DNA of 64,000 nt from an uncultured Acidobacteriaceae bacterium (GCA_963720075.1 CAVREG010000016.1:539471-603470); one strand, 5' to 3'; shown: positions 19,370 through 31,391, counted from the first letter of the stretch. Notes: generated by a model not told the origin, from the sequence alone. Numbers and translations: made by a program.

Positions 19370-19807
19370 CTATTGCGCCAGCTCGTATCCCGCAAAAAAG
19401 TAGCTCAACTCGAATCGGGCGGTGTCATCGCCATCGGAGCCATGAATCGCGTTGTGCTCGATGCTGGTGGCCCATTTCTTTCGGATGGTGCCTTCTTCGG
19501 CATTCGCCGGATTCGTCGCACCCATGAGCTGACGAAGATCGGCAATGGCATTTTCTTTTTCGAGCGCCAGAACCACAATCGGCCCGCTGGACATGAACTC
19601 AGTAAGAGAATTGAAAAAAGGTCTCGCCGCATGGACGGCGTAAAACTGCTCCGCCTGATGCTTCGAGATTTCAAGCATCTTCATGGCGAGGATGCGGAAG
19701 CCGTTCTTTTCGAACTGCTCGATAATGTCTCCAACGGCGTTTCTACGGACGGCATCAGGTTTGACGATGGTAAAGGTACGTTGCAGTGTCTTCATATTTC
19801 GGTTCAA
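19370..19807 (-). CDS. ndk: Nucleoside-diphosphate kinase
   Basis: [11 protein letters not shown] and NAIHGSDG (active-site His). The start may be the downstream Met (MKTLQ...). Confidence 0.92.
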   Translation of the reverse strand: MNRNMKTLQRTFTIVKPDAVRRNAVGDIIEQFEKNGFRILAMKMLEISKHQAEQFYAVHAARPFFNSLTEFMSSGPIVVLALEKENAIADLRQLMGATNPANAEEGTIRKKWATSIEHNAIHGSDGDDTARFELSYFFAGYELAQ

Positions 19808-19833
19808 TCCTCGTTCAGATATCCGAATCTTTT

Positions 19834-20718
19834 TTAGGCTCCGGCGGCAACGCCCAGGGCTGCGGCAACTGCATCCCCGATGTCGGCCGGAGATTTCGCC
19901 ATGCGAATGCCAGCGGCTTCCATCGCGCTAATCTTCTCCGCGGCAGTTCCTTTTCCGCCTGAGATGATGGCGCCGGCGTGGCCCATGCGGCGTCCCGGAG
20001 GCGCGGTTTGGCCGGCAATGAATCCTATGACCGGCTTCTTCATGCGCGCCTTCACATATTCGGCGGCGGCTTCTTCCGCACTGCCGCCGATTTCTCCGAT
20101 CATAATTACGGCTTCAGTTTGAGGGTCGCGATTAAATAGTTCCAGCGCATCGGTGAAAGTTGTGCCAATAATAGGATCTCCGCCGATGCCGATTGCGGTG
20201 GATTGCCCGATGCCACGCGTCGTCAATTGGTAAACTGCCTCATAGGTCAGAGTGCCGGAACGCGAAACAATGCCAACCGGTCCCTCCAGATGAATGCGTC
20301 CGGGCATAATACCGATCTTGCATTTTCCCGGAGAAATAATTCCGGGGCAATTGGGACCAATCAGCCGCGAGCGACGGTCCTGCAAATATTCCCATGCGCG
20401 CACCATGTCCAAGGTTGGGATTCCTTCGGTGATGCAGACGATCAGCTCAATCTCGGCGTCCGCGGCTTCCATGATTGCGTCAGAAGCGAATGGCGGCGGC
20501 ACGAAAATGACCGACGCATCGGCGGCAGTCTGGTCAACTGCCTCCTGCACGGAGTTGAAAACCGGCCATCCCTCGTGGGTTGTTCCGCCCTTCCCAGGTG
20601 TAACTCCGCCGACGATATTGGTGCCATATTCTGCGCAGGCTTTAGCGTGGAAAGTGCCTTCGCGCCCGGTCAAACCCTGAACAATGACTCTCGTGGATCG
20701 GTCTACAAGAATGCTCAT
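19834..20718 (-). CDS. sucD: Succinate--CoA ligase subunit alpha
   Basis: [23 protein letters not shown], and [14 protein letters not shown] (phosphohistidine loop). Confidence 0.93.
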   Translation of the reverse strand: MSILVDRSTRVIVQGLTGREGTFHAKACAEYGTNIVGGVTPGKGGTTHEGWPVFNSVQEAVDQTAADASVIFVPPPFASDAIMEAADAEIELIVCITEGIPTLDMVRAWEYLQDRRSRLIGPNCPGIISPGKCKIGIMPGRIHLEGPVGIVSRSGTLTYEAVYQLTTRGIGQSTAIGIGGDPIIGTTFTDALELFNRDPQTEAVIMIGEIGGSAEEAAAEYVKARMKKPVIGFIAGQTAPPGRRMGHAGAIISGGKGTAAEKISAMEAAGIRMAKSPADIGDAVAAALGVAAGA

Positions 20719-20744
20719 AATGATTTCTTATCTTCGTTAAGCCG

Positions 20745-21917
20745 TTATGAACCGGCCGCCGCGACTACTTTCTCAGCGGCGTCTTTCATGGTCTGAGCAA
20801 CGATAAAGTTGAATCCTGACTGCTTCAGAATCTCTCGTCCCTCTTCGACGTTCGTTCCTTCGAGCCGCAACACGATTGGAAGTTGAATTCCTGTTTTGTT
20901 CGCGGCTTCAACTACTCCTTTAGCAAGCGTATCCACGCGAAGGATGCCGCCAAAAATGTTGATCAGCACCGCCTTCACGCTTTTATCGCTCAGCAAAATC
21001 TCAAACGCATGGGTAACCTGCTCGGCATTGGCGCCGCCGCCGACATCGAGAAAATTCGCCGGCATGCCGCCCGCGTATTTAATGATGTCCATCGTCGCCA
21101 TGGCCAGCCCGGCGCCATTTACCATGCAGCCGACATTGCCTTCGAGCTTGATGTAGTTCAAGCCATACTTCGAAGCCTCAACTTCAAGCGGATCTTCTTC
21201 TGTAACGTCGCGCAGTTCTTTCAGGTCGGGATGACGAAACATCGCGTTGTCGTCGAACGCCATTTTAGCGTCGAGCGCGAAAAGTCGCCCGTCCGTGCAA
21301 GTAATAAATGGATTGATTTCCATCAGCGATGAATCAGTCTCGTGAAAAGCCTTGTACAGGCCAGTCATGAAGCGCACTGCTTCGTTGATCTGTTGCGGCT
21401 TCAGGCCGAGTTGGAACGCCAACTTCCGCGCTTGAAATGGCTCCAATCCCAAGCCTGGATCAATGTACTCCTTGAGAATTGCGGCAGGATCTTCCGCCGC
21501 GACTTGCTCGATTTCCATGCCTCCCGACCGCGATGCCATGAAAACGGGCTTGGCTTCAGCCCGGTCTATCACAGCACCCAGATAAAGTTCTTTCTCGATG
21601 GGCAGAGTTTCCTCGATCAGCAACCGCCGCACGATGCGGCCTTCAGGACCGGTCTGGTGCGTGATCAAATTCATGCCCAGTATTTTTGAAGCGAGATCAA
21701 CGGCCTCTTCCACCGACTTGGCAATCTTTACGCCACCGCCTTTGCCGCGTCCCCCTGCGTGAATTTGAGCTTTGACGACAACTCCGCTGGCACCCGAGGC
21801 AAAAAGCCTCTCCGCAGCCCCCTTAGTTTCCTCAACCGTGGCCGCCATTTCTCCGCGAGGCACCGCAACGCCGTATTTCTTAAGAATGTTTTTGGCCTGA
21901 TACTCATGAATCTTCAT
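20745..21917 (-). CDS. sucC: Succinate--CoA ligase subunit beta
   Basis: [17 protein letters not shown], an ATP-grasp region, and [18 protein letters not shown]. Confidence 0.93.
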   Translation of the reverse strand: MKIHEYQAKNILKKYGVAVPRGEMAATVEETKGAAERLFASGASGVVVKAQIHAGGRGKGGGVKIAKSVEEAVDLASKILGMNLITHQTGPEGRIVRRLLIEETLPIEKELYLGAVIDRAEAKPVFMASRSGGMEIEQVAAEDPAAILKEYIDPGLGLEPFQARKLAFQLGLKPQQINEAVRFMTGLYKAFHETDSSLMEINPFITCTDGRLFALDAKMAFDDNAMFRHPDLKELRDVTEEDPLEVEASKYGLNYIKLEGNVGCMVNGAGLAMATMDIIKYAGGMPANFLDVGGGANAEQVTHAFEILLSDKSVKAVLINIFGGILRVDTLAKGVVEAANKTGIQLPIVLRLEGTNVEEGREILKQSGFNFIVAQTMKDAAEKVVAAAGS

Positions 21918-22125
21918 AAATGCTGATTCAACCTTTAGGAAGGATGCAGCTTGCGGCTTCGATTGCGGGCAGCAAACTTATGATTCTATCGAAGGGTAGA
22001 CGCATTGGGCAAACCTAACCGCACACTTGGAAGTTCCCCCTACAGTATCTATTTTGTCAGGGGAGAATGTTTGGGAGCCGGTCAATGAACAAATGGCCAC
22101 CCGACACTGGGTATAATGCCTATCC

Positions 22126-24396
22126 ATGAGCCGTTTCCTCGTTTTTTTGTTGCTCATCTCAGGGGGTGTTTGGGCACAAGATTCCCCGCCTTCGCCGGCT
22201 TATGATTCCGTAAATCCTTTCATCGGCACCGCCGGGGATGGCAACACGTTCCCGGGAGCCACTCTGCCGCTGGGCATGATGCAGTGGAGTCCCGACACAC
22301 GTCCCGACGGCTGGTACCACTATCAGGACACCACGACTCGCGGTTTCAGCCTGACCCATATTAGCGGCGCCGGCTGCACTGTTTACGCCGACGTTCCCAT
22401 TCTGCCCTGGATCGCGGAATTGGGCACCGCGTCTCCTAATGACTTGGTCGTGCCGTTTTCTCACGATCGTGAGCAGGCACATCCAGGCTATTACAGCGTC
22501 ACTTTAGACAACGGGGTTAAAACAGAACTCACGGTCGCGAGCCGTGCAGGGATTGGACGCTTTGGATTCCCAGCAGGTGCGCGGCGGATATTACTGTTTA
22601 AAGCCGGCGCTAGCGGCATGAGTAACAACGGAAAACGCGCGGCCGATACCAGCACGGTCCACATCACGGGGCATGACACCGTCACTGGCACGGTTCACAG
22701 CGGCGGCTTCTGCGAATCTGACACGAATTATGTTCTTTACTTCGCGGTGAAATTCGCCCGGCCGTTCTCTTCTTATGGGACCTGGAGTGCGACCGGCAGC
22801 GCGACTCCAGGCGCACGTTCTGTTTCCGGCCATAAGGCTGGTGCTTACGTCTCGTTTCCCAGAGGCACCGGACCTGTTGTTATGAAGATCGGCATTTCAT
22901 TCGTCAGCGTGGAAAATGCGGCGAAGAACCTCGTCATTGAAATTCCTGGATGGGACTTTGATGCGGTGCATGCCGAGGCAAAAAAATCCTGGACGCAGAT
23001 GCTGGATCGCGTGCAAACCGGAGGCGGAAGTGCCGACCAGCGTACCATCTTCTACACTGGGCTTTACCACATGCTCCTGTCCCCGAACATCTTCAGCGAC
23101 GGCAATGGGGACTACATCGGCTTCGACAGCAAGGTCCGGCGTTTGCCCGCGGGGAAGGCTCAATACGCGAACTTTTCTGACTGGGATATCTATCGCAGCC
23201 TTATTCAATTTCAGGCTTTGCTCTTGCCCGCGCAAAGCAGCCAGATGATGCAGTCGCTGGTGCGCGATGCCGAACAGAGTGGATGGCTTCCTCGCTGGCC
23301 GGTTGCGAACGACGTGAGTTACGTTATGGGCGGGGACTCGTCATCCATACTGCTTTCCAATGGCTACGCATTCGGAGCGCGCTCGTTTGACACGGCGTCC
23401 GCGGTCCGCTTCATGATCAAAGGCGCAACTCAGCCTGGAACCGGTCCGCACGGGAATTCCGAACGTCCGCAGTTGAGCGATTATCTCAGCAAGGGCTACG
23501 TTCCCGTCAGCGACAACCAGGAGTCGGGAGCCTCGATCACTCTGGAATATGCCAGCGCAGACTTCGCCATGTCGCAGTTTGCGGCTGCGATGGGCGACAA
23601 CGCTCATGCCGCGAGCCTGCTGCGCTCAGCCCAAAACTGGCGCAAGCTGTTTGACAACAAAAGCGGTTTCATTCGTCCGCGCACTGCTGACGGTAACTTC
23701 ATCACGGGATGGGATCCCGATCACTCGCTGCCTCGCCACCAAAAGAGCTGGGACAAGTTTGACCAAATGGGCTTCGAAGAGGGGAACACGTGGCAGTACA
23801 CATGGATGATTCCGCACAACTATGCGGGCCTGTTCCAAGCCATGGGCGGAAACCAGAATGTTGTCCCCAAGCTAGACAAGTTTTTCGTCGAGATCAACGG
23901 TTGGGGCAAGCCTAACTTTACCGTGGCTAATGAGCCTGACTTCTGCGCCCCTTATGCGTACGTTTGGACGGGGAATCCCTGGAAGACGCAGGAAGTGGTG
24001 GACCGCATTCGCCGAGAGACGTTTACTACGAAACCGGATGGCCTTCCCGGCAATGACGACCTGGGCGCTACCTCTGGCGTCTATGTATGGAACGCGTTAG
24101 GCATGTATCCCGTGATTCAAGGTGTCGGCGGGTTGGTGCTCTCGTCGCCGATGTTTCCGCACGCGTTTTTCAAGTTCGGCGATGGACGCGGGCTTGAGAT
24201 CTTGTCCAAGGGAGAAGGGATTTACGTTCAATCCGTCGAACTGAACGGCAAGGCATACCCGAGCGCTTGGCTACCCATCAGCAAGTTACAGACCGGACAG
24301 AATCGCCTGGAATTCACGCTGGGTCGCGAGCCGAATCGCTCATGGGCAAGCCAGCCTGAGAACTTGCCTCCGTCATTCGACGTGTCGCAGAAGTGA
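22126..24396 (+). CDS. GH92 family alpha-mannosidase (secreted)
   Basis: Signal peptide, then the GH92 N-terminal signature VNPFIGTAGDGNTFPGATLPLGMMQWSPDT, and GNDDLGATS near the C-terminal catalytic region. Confidence 0.8.
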   Translation: MSRFLVFLLLISGGVWAQDSPPSPAYDSVNPFIGTAGDGNTFPGATLPLGMMQWSPDTRPDGWYHYQDTTTRGFSLTHISGAGCTVYADVPILPWIAELGTASPNDLVVPFSHDREQAHPGYYSVTLDNGVKTELTVASRAGIGRFGFPAGARRILLFKAGASGMSNNGKRAADTSTVHITGHDTVTGTVHSGGFCESDTNYVLYFAVKFARPFSSYGTWSATGSATPGARSVSGHKAGAYVSFPRGTGPVVMKIGISFVSVENAAKNLVIEIPGWDFDAVHAEAKKSWTQMLDRVQTGGGSADQRTIFYTGLYHMLLSPNIFSDGNGDYIGFDSKVRRLPAGKAQYANFSDWDIYRSLIQFQALLLPAQSSQMMQSLVRDAEQSGWLPRWPVANDVSYVMGGDSSSILLSNGYAFGARSFDTASAVRFMIKGATQPGTGPHGNSERPQLSDYLSKGYVPVSDNQESGASITLEYASADFAMSQFAAAMGDNAHAASLLRSAQNWRKLFDNKSGFIRPRTADGNFITGWDPDHSLPRHQKSWDKFDQMGFEEGNTWQYTWMIPHNYAGLFQAMGGNQNVVPKLDKFFVEINGWGKPNFTVANEPDFCAPYAYVWTGNPWKTQEVVDRIRRETFTTKPDGLPGNDDLGATSGVYVWNALGMYPVIQGVGGLVLSSPMFPHAFFKFGDGRGLEILSKGEGIYVQSVELNGKAYPSAWLPISKLQTGQNRLEFTLGREPNRSWASQPENLPPSFDVSQK

Positions 24397-24426
24397 CGCC
24401 GTCACATGAGAGCGACCGTGTCCCTT

Positions 24427-24728
24427 TCACATCAATTCGTCGAAGTAACGCCCGGCCTTTTCGCCTTTCCAATTGCTCAGAGTTCTTGCGACTTCTTCGT
24501 CAGGCACGGAGATGAATCTTGACCACTCGGCTTTATTGGAATGCGGGTAGCCGAGGAGGTTCACAAGGGAGTTGTTAATGGCCAGTTTTACCAGTTCACT
24601 CTCATAGTCAGCTTTGGCCAAGCTTCCAAAACGTCCTTCACTTGGTCTCGCGTAAGTCCGAATAGCGCATGGAATTCCCAGTCAGGAAAGAACTCCCTCC
24701 ACCGCCGCTCGAAGGCAGTCCCGAACAA
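24427..24728 (-). pseudogene. Small (~100 aa) uncharacterised ORF split by a single frameshift
   Basis: One minus frame reads ...FGTAFERRWREFFPDWEFHALFGLTRDQVKDVLEAWPK. It continues sensibly in another frame as ADYESELVKLAINNSLVNLLGYPHSNKAEWSRFISVPDEEVARTLSNWKGEKAGRYFDELM. The junction is at an A3 run at 24613-24615. Confidence 0.35.
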
Positions 24729-24802
24729 TATTTCCGTTCCCTGTCGTTTAAATCGGCAAAGGCCAATGTGTCTCTCCCTCGAATGCTAATCTTATACGCG
24801 TC

Positions 24803-25849
24803 ATGATCCTCGAGGCTCTGCATTCTATAGCGAATCACCGCCAGTCGCTCACTCGGGAAGAATCGCGCTCGGTAATGGCAGAAATCCTGGCAGGAAAATG
24901 TTCGGACGCGCAAATTGCTGCCTTTCTGGTTGCGTTGCACGTGAAAGGAGAAACCGTCGAAGAGATAGTCGGCTTTGCCGAGGCAATTCGTGGAGCGGCG
25001 ACTCCACTAAGTATTTCCCAGAATTCAACCGTAGATGTTAGCGGCACCGAGCGGGACGCGCTGGTAGATACATGTGGCACGGGCGGGGATGCGAGCGGAA
25101 CGTTCAATATCTCGACCGCTGCGGCCTTGGTTGCCGCTGGTGCCGGTGTGCGCATTGCCAAGCATGGCAATCGAAGCCTGACTTCGAAGTGTGGTTCAGC
25201 CGATGTCATGGAGGCTTTGGGCGTGAACATCAATTTGCCGCTGGAACGCCTAGCCGCCTGCCTCGCCGAAGTTGGGATTGTTTTTCTCTATGCTCCGGCG
25301 ATGCATTCGGCGATGAAACATGTCCAGACAGCGCGCCGCGAGCTGCGTCTGCGAACCGTCTTCAACCTGTTAGGACCCCTAACAAATCCTGCGCAGGCGT
25401 CGGCGCAGATTGTTGGCGTGTATTCGGTTGAGTTAGTGGAAAAACTCGCCGAAGCGCTCAGCATGTTGGGGGTCCAACGGGCGATGGTCGTCCATGGTCT
25501 CGACGGTCTGGATGAGATCACAATCACCGGGCCGACTCGCATCGCGGAGGTTCGCGGCGGGACCGTTCGAAGTTACGAGGTGACTCCGGAGGAGTTTGGG
25601 ATAACGCGCTCAAGCCTCGCTGAGGTTTCAGGCGGCGACGCGGTGGAGAATGCAGCCATCATTCGGGAAGTTCTCGCAGGCAAAAAATCTACGCGAAGGG
25701 ATATTGTGATATTGAATGCGGCTGCTGCTCTAGTTGTTGCAGGGAAAGCAGATCGTTTGCAGGATGCAATCCAATTAGCGGAGAACTCGATTGATTCTGG
25801 CGGCGCGAAAGCGAAGCTGGAAGGCTTAATCATGTTCTCGAACGCTTAG
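24803..25849 (+). CDS. trpD: Anthranilate phosphoribosyltransferase
   Basis: [38 protein letters not shown] is the TrpD PRPP-binding motif. Confidence 0.92.
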   Translation: MILEALHSIANHRQSLTREESRSVMAEILAGKCSDAQIAAFLVALHVKGETVEEIVGFAEAIRGAATPLSISQNSTVDVSGTERDALVDTCGTGGDASGTFNISTAAALVAAGAGVRIAKHGNRSLTSKCGSADVMEALGVNINLPLERLAACLAEVGIVFLYAPAMHSAMKHVQTARRELRLRTVFNLLGPLTNPAQASAQIVGVYSVELVEKLAEALSMLGVQRAMVVHGLDGLDEITITGPTRIAEVRGGTVRSYEVTPEEFGITRSSLAEVSGGDAVENAAIIREVLAGKKSTRRDIVILNAAAALVVAGKADRLQDAIQLAENSIDSGGAKAKLEGLIMFSNA

Positions 25850-25870
25850 GGGAAAGTGCAAGCTCGCAGT

Positions 25871-25906
25871 GTCGTCCTGAAGGGGCGGGGCTTCAGCCCC
25901 GCCGTC
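25871..25906. repeat. GC-rich hairpin element downstream of trpD (REP-like, possible terminator)
   Basis: gtcgtcctgaaggggcggggcttcagccccgccgtc. It can form the stem ggcggggc/gccccgcc (25884-25903, loop ttca) or the alternative ctgaag/cttcag pairing. There is no T-run. Confidence 0.4.
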
Positions 25907-26014
25907 GCTTAGATCAAGGCCTTACGGCGCGCCCTTTCAAATCAATTACAAATTACGAGTTTTCCCGAAACTTCGAGGGCGAAAAGTCACAGCGAACAAT
26001 CCCAAATGGGTCGC

Positions 26015-27031
26015 CTATTTATCCCTCGCCACCACAAACTCCGGGGCCCACAACAATGCTCGCTTAATCTCTCCGTCAGGAAAATTGCAGATCGCGTTTC
26101 GTGCCAGGTCGGCGTAGCGTAACGCGCAATCGTGAGCCGCATCCAGCGACCTATAGCGATTCAAAATGTCGAGAACCTCGGCGTGTGTCCCGCCATCCAC
26201 GGCGCGTTCATCAACTACGTTTGCTATCAGCCGGCGTTCTAACTCCGTGCAGCGTTCGAGCGAGTGAATCACGGCCATGGTGACCTTGCCTTCGCGGAGA
26301 TCGCTGGCCACGGGCTTTCCCAGGACATCTTCTGAGGCCGTCAGGTCAAGCACGTCATCCACAATCTGGAACGCCATGCCGAGATCGCGGCCATACTGCG
26401 CTAGATTCTCTTCCTGCTCGGCGGTCGCGCCACCAAGAATGGCGCCCATCCTCATGCAAACTGAAAACAGGCAGGCAGTCTTGCGAAAGATCAGATCGAA
26501 ATACTCGTCCAGCGAAATAAGCTTGCCTTGTTTCTCAATTTGAAGAAGCTCGCCTTCAACCATTTGTTGCGTCAGGTCAATGAGCGTGTCAAGGATACGA
26601 AAATTGCGTTCCTGCAAAGCGACCTTGAAAGCCTGCATGTAAAGCCAGTCGCCGGCAAGGACGCACTTGGAATTTCCCCATTGCGTGTTCGCCGCAGGAC
26701 GCCCGCGGCGGGTCTCAGCTTCATCAATAATGTCGTCATGCACCAAGGTCGCGGTGTGAATAATTTCTACAACTGCCCCGAGCCTGACCGCGCCCCGTCC
26801 GCGGTAGTCGAAAAGCTTGGCTGAAAGCAAAAGTAACGCCGGACGGATCCGCTTGCCGCCGCCACTGCGCAAGTATTCGCCAATTTCGGTAATCCCTCCC
26901 ACTCCGGAAACGGTGTCCCGCCCAAACTCGCGCTCAATGGCGGAAAGGTCTTCGCGAAGCATCTCGAAAAATTCTTTTCCGTTAAGGGTGGCGGGTGTGC
27001 TCATTCGTTGTCTCGAGTCGGCGTGCGGCAC
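26015..27031 (-). CDS. ispB: Polyprenyl diphosphate synthase (IspB-like)
   Basis: First DDxxD in LVHDDIIDE and second in QIVDDVLD; typical ~330-aa length. Confidence 0.85.
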   Translation of the reverse strand: MPHADSRQRMSTPATLNGKEFFEMLREDLSAIEREFGRDTVSGVGGITEIGEYLRSGGGKRIRPALLLLSAKLFDYRGRGAVRLGAVVEIIHTATLVHDDIIDEAETRRGRPAANTQWGNSKCVLAGDWLYMQAFKVALQERNFRILDTLIDLTQQMVEGELLQIEKQGKLISLDEYFDLIFRKTACLFSVCMRMGAILGGATAEQEENLAQYGRDLGMAFQIVDDVLDLTASEDVLGKPVASDLREGKVTMAVIHSLERCTELERRLIANVVDERAVDGGTHAEVLDILNRYRSLDAAHDCALRYADLARNAICNFPDGEIKRALLWAPEFVVARDK

Positions 27032-27044
27032 TGGAAATCAACCT

Positions 27045-27542
27045 TCAAGTCGTGCGGTAATTCGTAAATTGCAAATCAATCCCAAAATCCTTTTGCTTGA
27101 GCAGCGCAATGACCTGCTGCAATGAGTCGCGATCTTTCCCGCTCACCCGCACCAAGTCTCCCTGAATGGAGCCGTTTACTTTCGTCTTGGAGTCCTTGAT
27201 CACTTTGACGATTTCTTTGGCCTTCTCAATGGCGATTCCCTGCTGCATGGTGATCTTCTGCTTCGCGGTGGCGCCAGCTGCGCCCTCAACCGGGCCATAC
27301 GTCAATCCCTTGAGAGACACGCCGCGCTTTACCAGTTTCTGTTGCAGGATTTCGTTTACTGCTTTCAGCTTGTATTCATCAATCGAGTGCAGCACGATGG
27401 CGTCTTTTCCTTCCATCTCTATGTTCGACTTCGAATCCTTCAAATCGAAGCGGGTATGGACTTCTTTCAGTGCCTGCTGAATGGCATTCGCGACTTCCTG
27501 CAGATCGAGCTTGCTTACGATGTCGAAAGTATTCTCTGGCAT
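27045..27542 (-). CDS. yajQ: YajQ-family nucleotide-binding protein (UPF0234)
   Basis: MPENTFDIVSKLDLQEVANAIQQALKEVHTRFDLKDSK matches the characteristic YajQ N-terminus; ~165 aa. Confidence 0.85.
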   Translation of the reverse strand: MPENTFDIVSKLDLQEVANAIQQALKEVHTRFDLKDSKSNIEMEGKDAIVLHSIDEYKLKAVNEILQQKLVKRGVSLKGLTYGPVEGAAGATAKQKITMQQGIAIEKAKEIVKVIKDSKTKVNGSIQGDLVRVSGKDRDSLQQVIALLKQKDFGIDLQFTNYRTT

Positions 27543-27755
27543 GGGATTGCTTCATCCTGGCGGCACGGGCCGCTGGTTCTGGTCAAAGATATATCCTAAC
27601 AAGCTAAATGGAGTTGAGCGTTTCGTGAAGCGAAAAGAAAAGGCGCGGGGAGACGTCCTTTTCACATTGCTTCTCAACGTCGCGTCAAAAGGACTATTAC
27701 GCGGCACTCGCAACCAGCGCCGGATATGTCTACAATGGGTTTCGTCTGAGGCGAC

Positions 27756-28169
27756 TTGCCAGAACTTAATCCCACATCCGAATCGGTCTCTGGCTACCCG
27801 GGTAAGCCTCGCCGCCGCACGGTTGTTGCCTCCGGCATGCTTTGCGGCGTGCTGGCTTTGGTCGTGCTGTACACCAACCGCAGAGCGTTTTTTAGCCCGC
27901 TTGCCATTGTTGTGGTCGCCGCCATCGGACTGGCAGCTATCTTGCTCCAACTCCGATTTCACAATCGGACCGCCAGCGATATTGTGCATCCTCCGGTATG
28001 GCTCAATATACTGGGAATAATTTGTGCTCTAGGCGCATTATCCGCCGATTTCCTTCGGCTGAGTACTACAGTAGCGCAGTTTATGGCGTTGGGCGCTGTC
28101 TGCAGCTTTGGAATTAGCGGCGCCATAATCCTTCACGCATTTCGAAAACATCGCATCGCTCCAAAATGA
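27756..28169 (+). CDS. Small integral membrane protein, unknown function
   Basis: Four hydrophobic helices (GMLCGVLALVVLY, LAIVVVAAIGLAAILLQL, WLNILGIICALGALS, FMALGAVCSFGISGAIIL). The start could instead be the ATG at 27837. Confidence 0.5.
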   Translation: MPELNPTSESVSGYPGKPRRRTVVASGMLCGVLALVVLYTNRRAFFSPLAIVVVAAIGLAAILLQLRFHNRTASDIVHPPVWLNILGIICALGALSADFLRLSTTVAQFMALGAVCSFGISGAIILHAFRKHRIAPK

Positions 28170-28227
28170 CGACCTGAAGGCTTTTGCCTAGAATAGATTT
28201 TCGCAGCATGGCCCGTTTCAATCCATC

Positions 28228-28914
28228 ATGAGCGCTGACGAAGAGAAAATAGCGGCCGCCCGCGCTAGCCTGCGCTTTGTACAGGATGGGGACATTGTCG
28301 GCCTCGGCTCGGGCTCGACCGCTTCTTATGCGATTAAGTTTCTCGCTGAACGCGTGCAAGCGGGTCTGAGAATTCGGGGCATCCCGACTTCTGCACGAAC
28401 TGAAGCCCTTGCCGAAAGCCTCGGGATTCCGCTCACCACGCTGAATGAATTTCAGGAAATCAATGTGGACATTGACGGCGCCGACGAAATTGATCCCCAG
28501 CTAAACCTTATCAAAGGCGGCGGCGGGGCTCTCTTAAGAGAGAAGGTGATCGCATCCGCGGCACGAAAATTGATTATCGTTGCCGATTCGAGCAAGCATG
28601 TTTCTGTGCTTGGCAAATTTCCGTTGCCAGTGGAGGTTATTCCGTTTGCGCAAGCCTTGGTGGCCAGAAAAATTTCTGCGCTCGGAGCGACCGTCAAAAT
28701 CCGCGAGCTAAAGGACGGAACTCCGTTCGTTACTGACGAAGGCCACCATATTTTGGATTGTAGCTTTGGGAAAATTCCGGACCCCCCGAAACTCGCCCAG
28801 GCACTGGAAAACCTTCCAGGAGTAGCGGGGCACGGACTATTCGTTAATATGGCAAGCGTGGCCTTGATCGCGACGGGAGATCAAGTGGCAGAGCTGAAGC
28901 GAGAGCTAAAGTAG
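28228..28914 (+). CDS. rpiA: Ribose-5-phosphate isomerase A
   Basis: GLGSGSTASYAIKFL, DGADEID, and KGGGGALLREKV. Confidence 0.92.
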   Translation: MSADEEKIAAARASLRFVQDGDIVGLGSGSTASYAIKFLAERVQAGLRIRGIPTSARTEALAESLGIPLTTLNEFQEINVDIDGADEIDPQLNLIKGGGGALLREKVIASAARKLIIVADSSKHVSVLGKFPLPVEVIPFAQALVARKISALGATVKIRELKDGTPFVTDEGHHILDCSFGKIPDPPKLAQALENLPGVAGHGLFVNMASVALIATGDQVAELKRELK

Positions 28915-28928
28915 AAACTCACAGATCA

Positions 28929-30125
<1,197 letters not shown>

Positions 30126-30199
30126 TTAGCCGAGGCCAAGACTCAACAGCGTCTAATTGCATCGAAGCTACAGCGTTATGCTCGTAAGTTCGCGATTGG

Positions 30200-30610
30200 T
30201 TGGGATGCCCATTGCCAATTAGCCTTCAAATCGTATGGCTGTTTGTGCTGGCGATACCGGTTGCATCGGTCGCGTGGACGATTACCCATGAGGAAATATT
30301 CCGCGAGCCGCGCGAGTATTGCCAGGGACGATGCAAGGATGCCCGCAACATTTTCGTACGGAAATTCTTCTATCTCTTTACGTGCGAGTTTTGCTTTAGT
30401 CACTATGTAGCGATTTTCTTCCTTGTCCTCACCCGGTTTAAACTTCTCTATGCAGATTGGCGGGGATATCTTCTCGCGGTTTTCGCGCTGGTGTGGGTCT
30501 CGAATATTTACATGAGTATTTACAACCGTCTGAGGCTCGACATCCAAAGCGAAAGAATTGAGTTGAAGGTTAAAGAGAAAGATGTTGAGGAGCAGCGGAA
30601 AGCCGCCTGA
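30200..30610 (+). CDS. Small membrane protein (DUF1360-like?)
   Basis: Three or four TM helices and a CEFCFSHYVA motif reminiscent of DUF1360. The assignment is weak. Confidence 0.45.
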   Translation: MGCPLPISLQIVWLFVLAIPVASVAWTITHEEIFREPREYCQGRCKDARNIFVRKFFYLFTCEFCFSHYVAIFFLVLTRFKLLYADWRGYLLAVFALVWVSNIYMSIYNRLRLDIQSERIELKVKEKDVEEQRKAA

Positions 30611-30624
30611 CGCCTCGCAGTACG

Positions 30625-30719
30625 ATGTGGGGCGGACACTCTTGTCCGCCGATGTTGACTTTTGATTTGGGCCGAGAGAAAAGAGACAACGGCGGCGGAC
30701 AAGAGTGTCCGCCCCACAT
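30625..30719. repeat. Perfect 26-bp inverted repeat made of two self-complementary hairpin units; probable bidirectional terminator / REP element
   Basis: atgtggggcggacactcttgtccgcc (30625-30650) is the exact reverse complement of ggcggacaagagtgtccgccccacat (30694-30719). Each arm is itself a hairpin (ggcggaca-ctct-tgtccgcc). The element lies between convergent genes. Confidence 0.75.
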
Positions 30720-30745
30720 AAAAATTAGCGAGATTGCGGAGACAA

Positions 30746-31279
30746 CTATCTCCTCTGCAAGTCGTTTAACGCTGCGAGCACTTGTTCGCTGTGCTTGTTC
30801 GGGTCAACGCTGGTGTAAGTGCGGGCGATCTTGCCCTCCGGATCAATAATGAAAGTATGGCGCGCGGCAATCTGCGTAATTCCGAAATTCATGAGCGAGC
30901 CGTATTCGCTGGAAACTTTGTGACTGGTATCCGCCAGCAACTTAAAATTCAGCCCTTCTTTGGCGCAAAACTGTTTGTGTGAATCCGCGCTGTCCAGGCT
31001 CACCCCAATCACAACTGCGTTCTTTCTTGCGTATTGGTGCTGATCGTTTTGAAAATTGTGCGCTTCGATCGTGCATCCGCTGGTGAAGTCTTTTGGATAG
31101 AAGTACAGTACGATCCATTTCGACCGATAATCTTTCAGGCTGACCAGCGTGCCGTCCTCGGAAGGAATAGAGAAATCAGGGGCGGTTGTGCCAACCGCGG
31201 GCACCGGACCAGCAAACGCGAGCCGCGCAGCAACAATAACTGCCGCTGATACGGATAGCAGAGTTATCCAAATGCGCAT
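30746..31279 (-). CDS. bcp: Secreted peroxiredoxin (Bcp/AhpC-TSA family)
   Basis: Signal peptide and FYPKDFTSGCTIEAHNF (peroxidatic Cys). Confidence 0.85.
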   Translation of the reverse strand: MRIWITLLSVSAAVIVAARLAFAGPVPAVGTTAPDFSIPSEDGTLVSLKDYRSKWIVLYFYPKDFTSGCTIEAHNFQNDQHQYARKNAVVIGVSLDSADSHKQFCAKEGLNFKLLADTSHKVSSEYGSLMNFGITQIAARHTFIIDPEGKIARTYTSVDPNKHSEQVLAALNDLQRR

Positions 31280-31391
31280 AAGACTTCCCTAAGAAGCCGC
31301 AGACTACCCTGCAAGATAGGACACGTCCAGCCGCCCCTTTGTCATTTGTCAGATGGATTTTATTCTGACGAAGAGCATTCTCGATTGTCGT

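Noticed and set aside
19373-20796. Plus-strand ORFs of 154 aa and 197 aa (19373-19837, 20203-20796)
   Set aside because: They are antisense to ndk and sucD, whose identities are unambiguous.
27481-28020. 179-aa plus-strand ORF spanning the yajQ start region
   Set aside because: It overlaps the yajQ 5' end on the opposite strand and the better-supported 4-TM ORF. Its Cys/Trp/Arg-rich composition is not protein-like.
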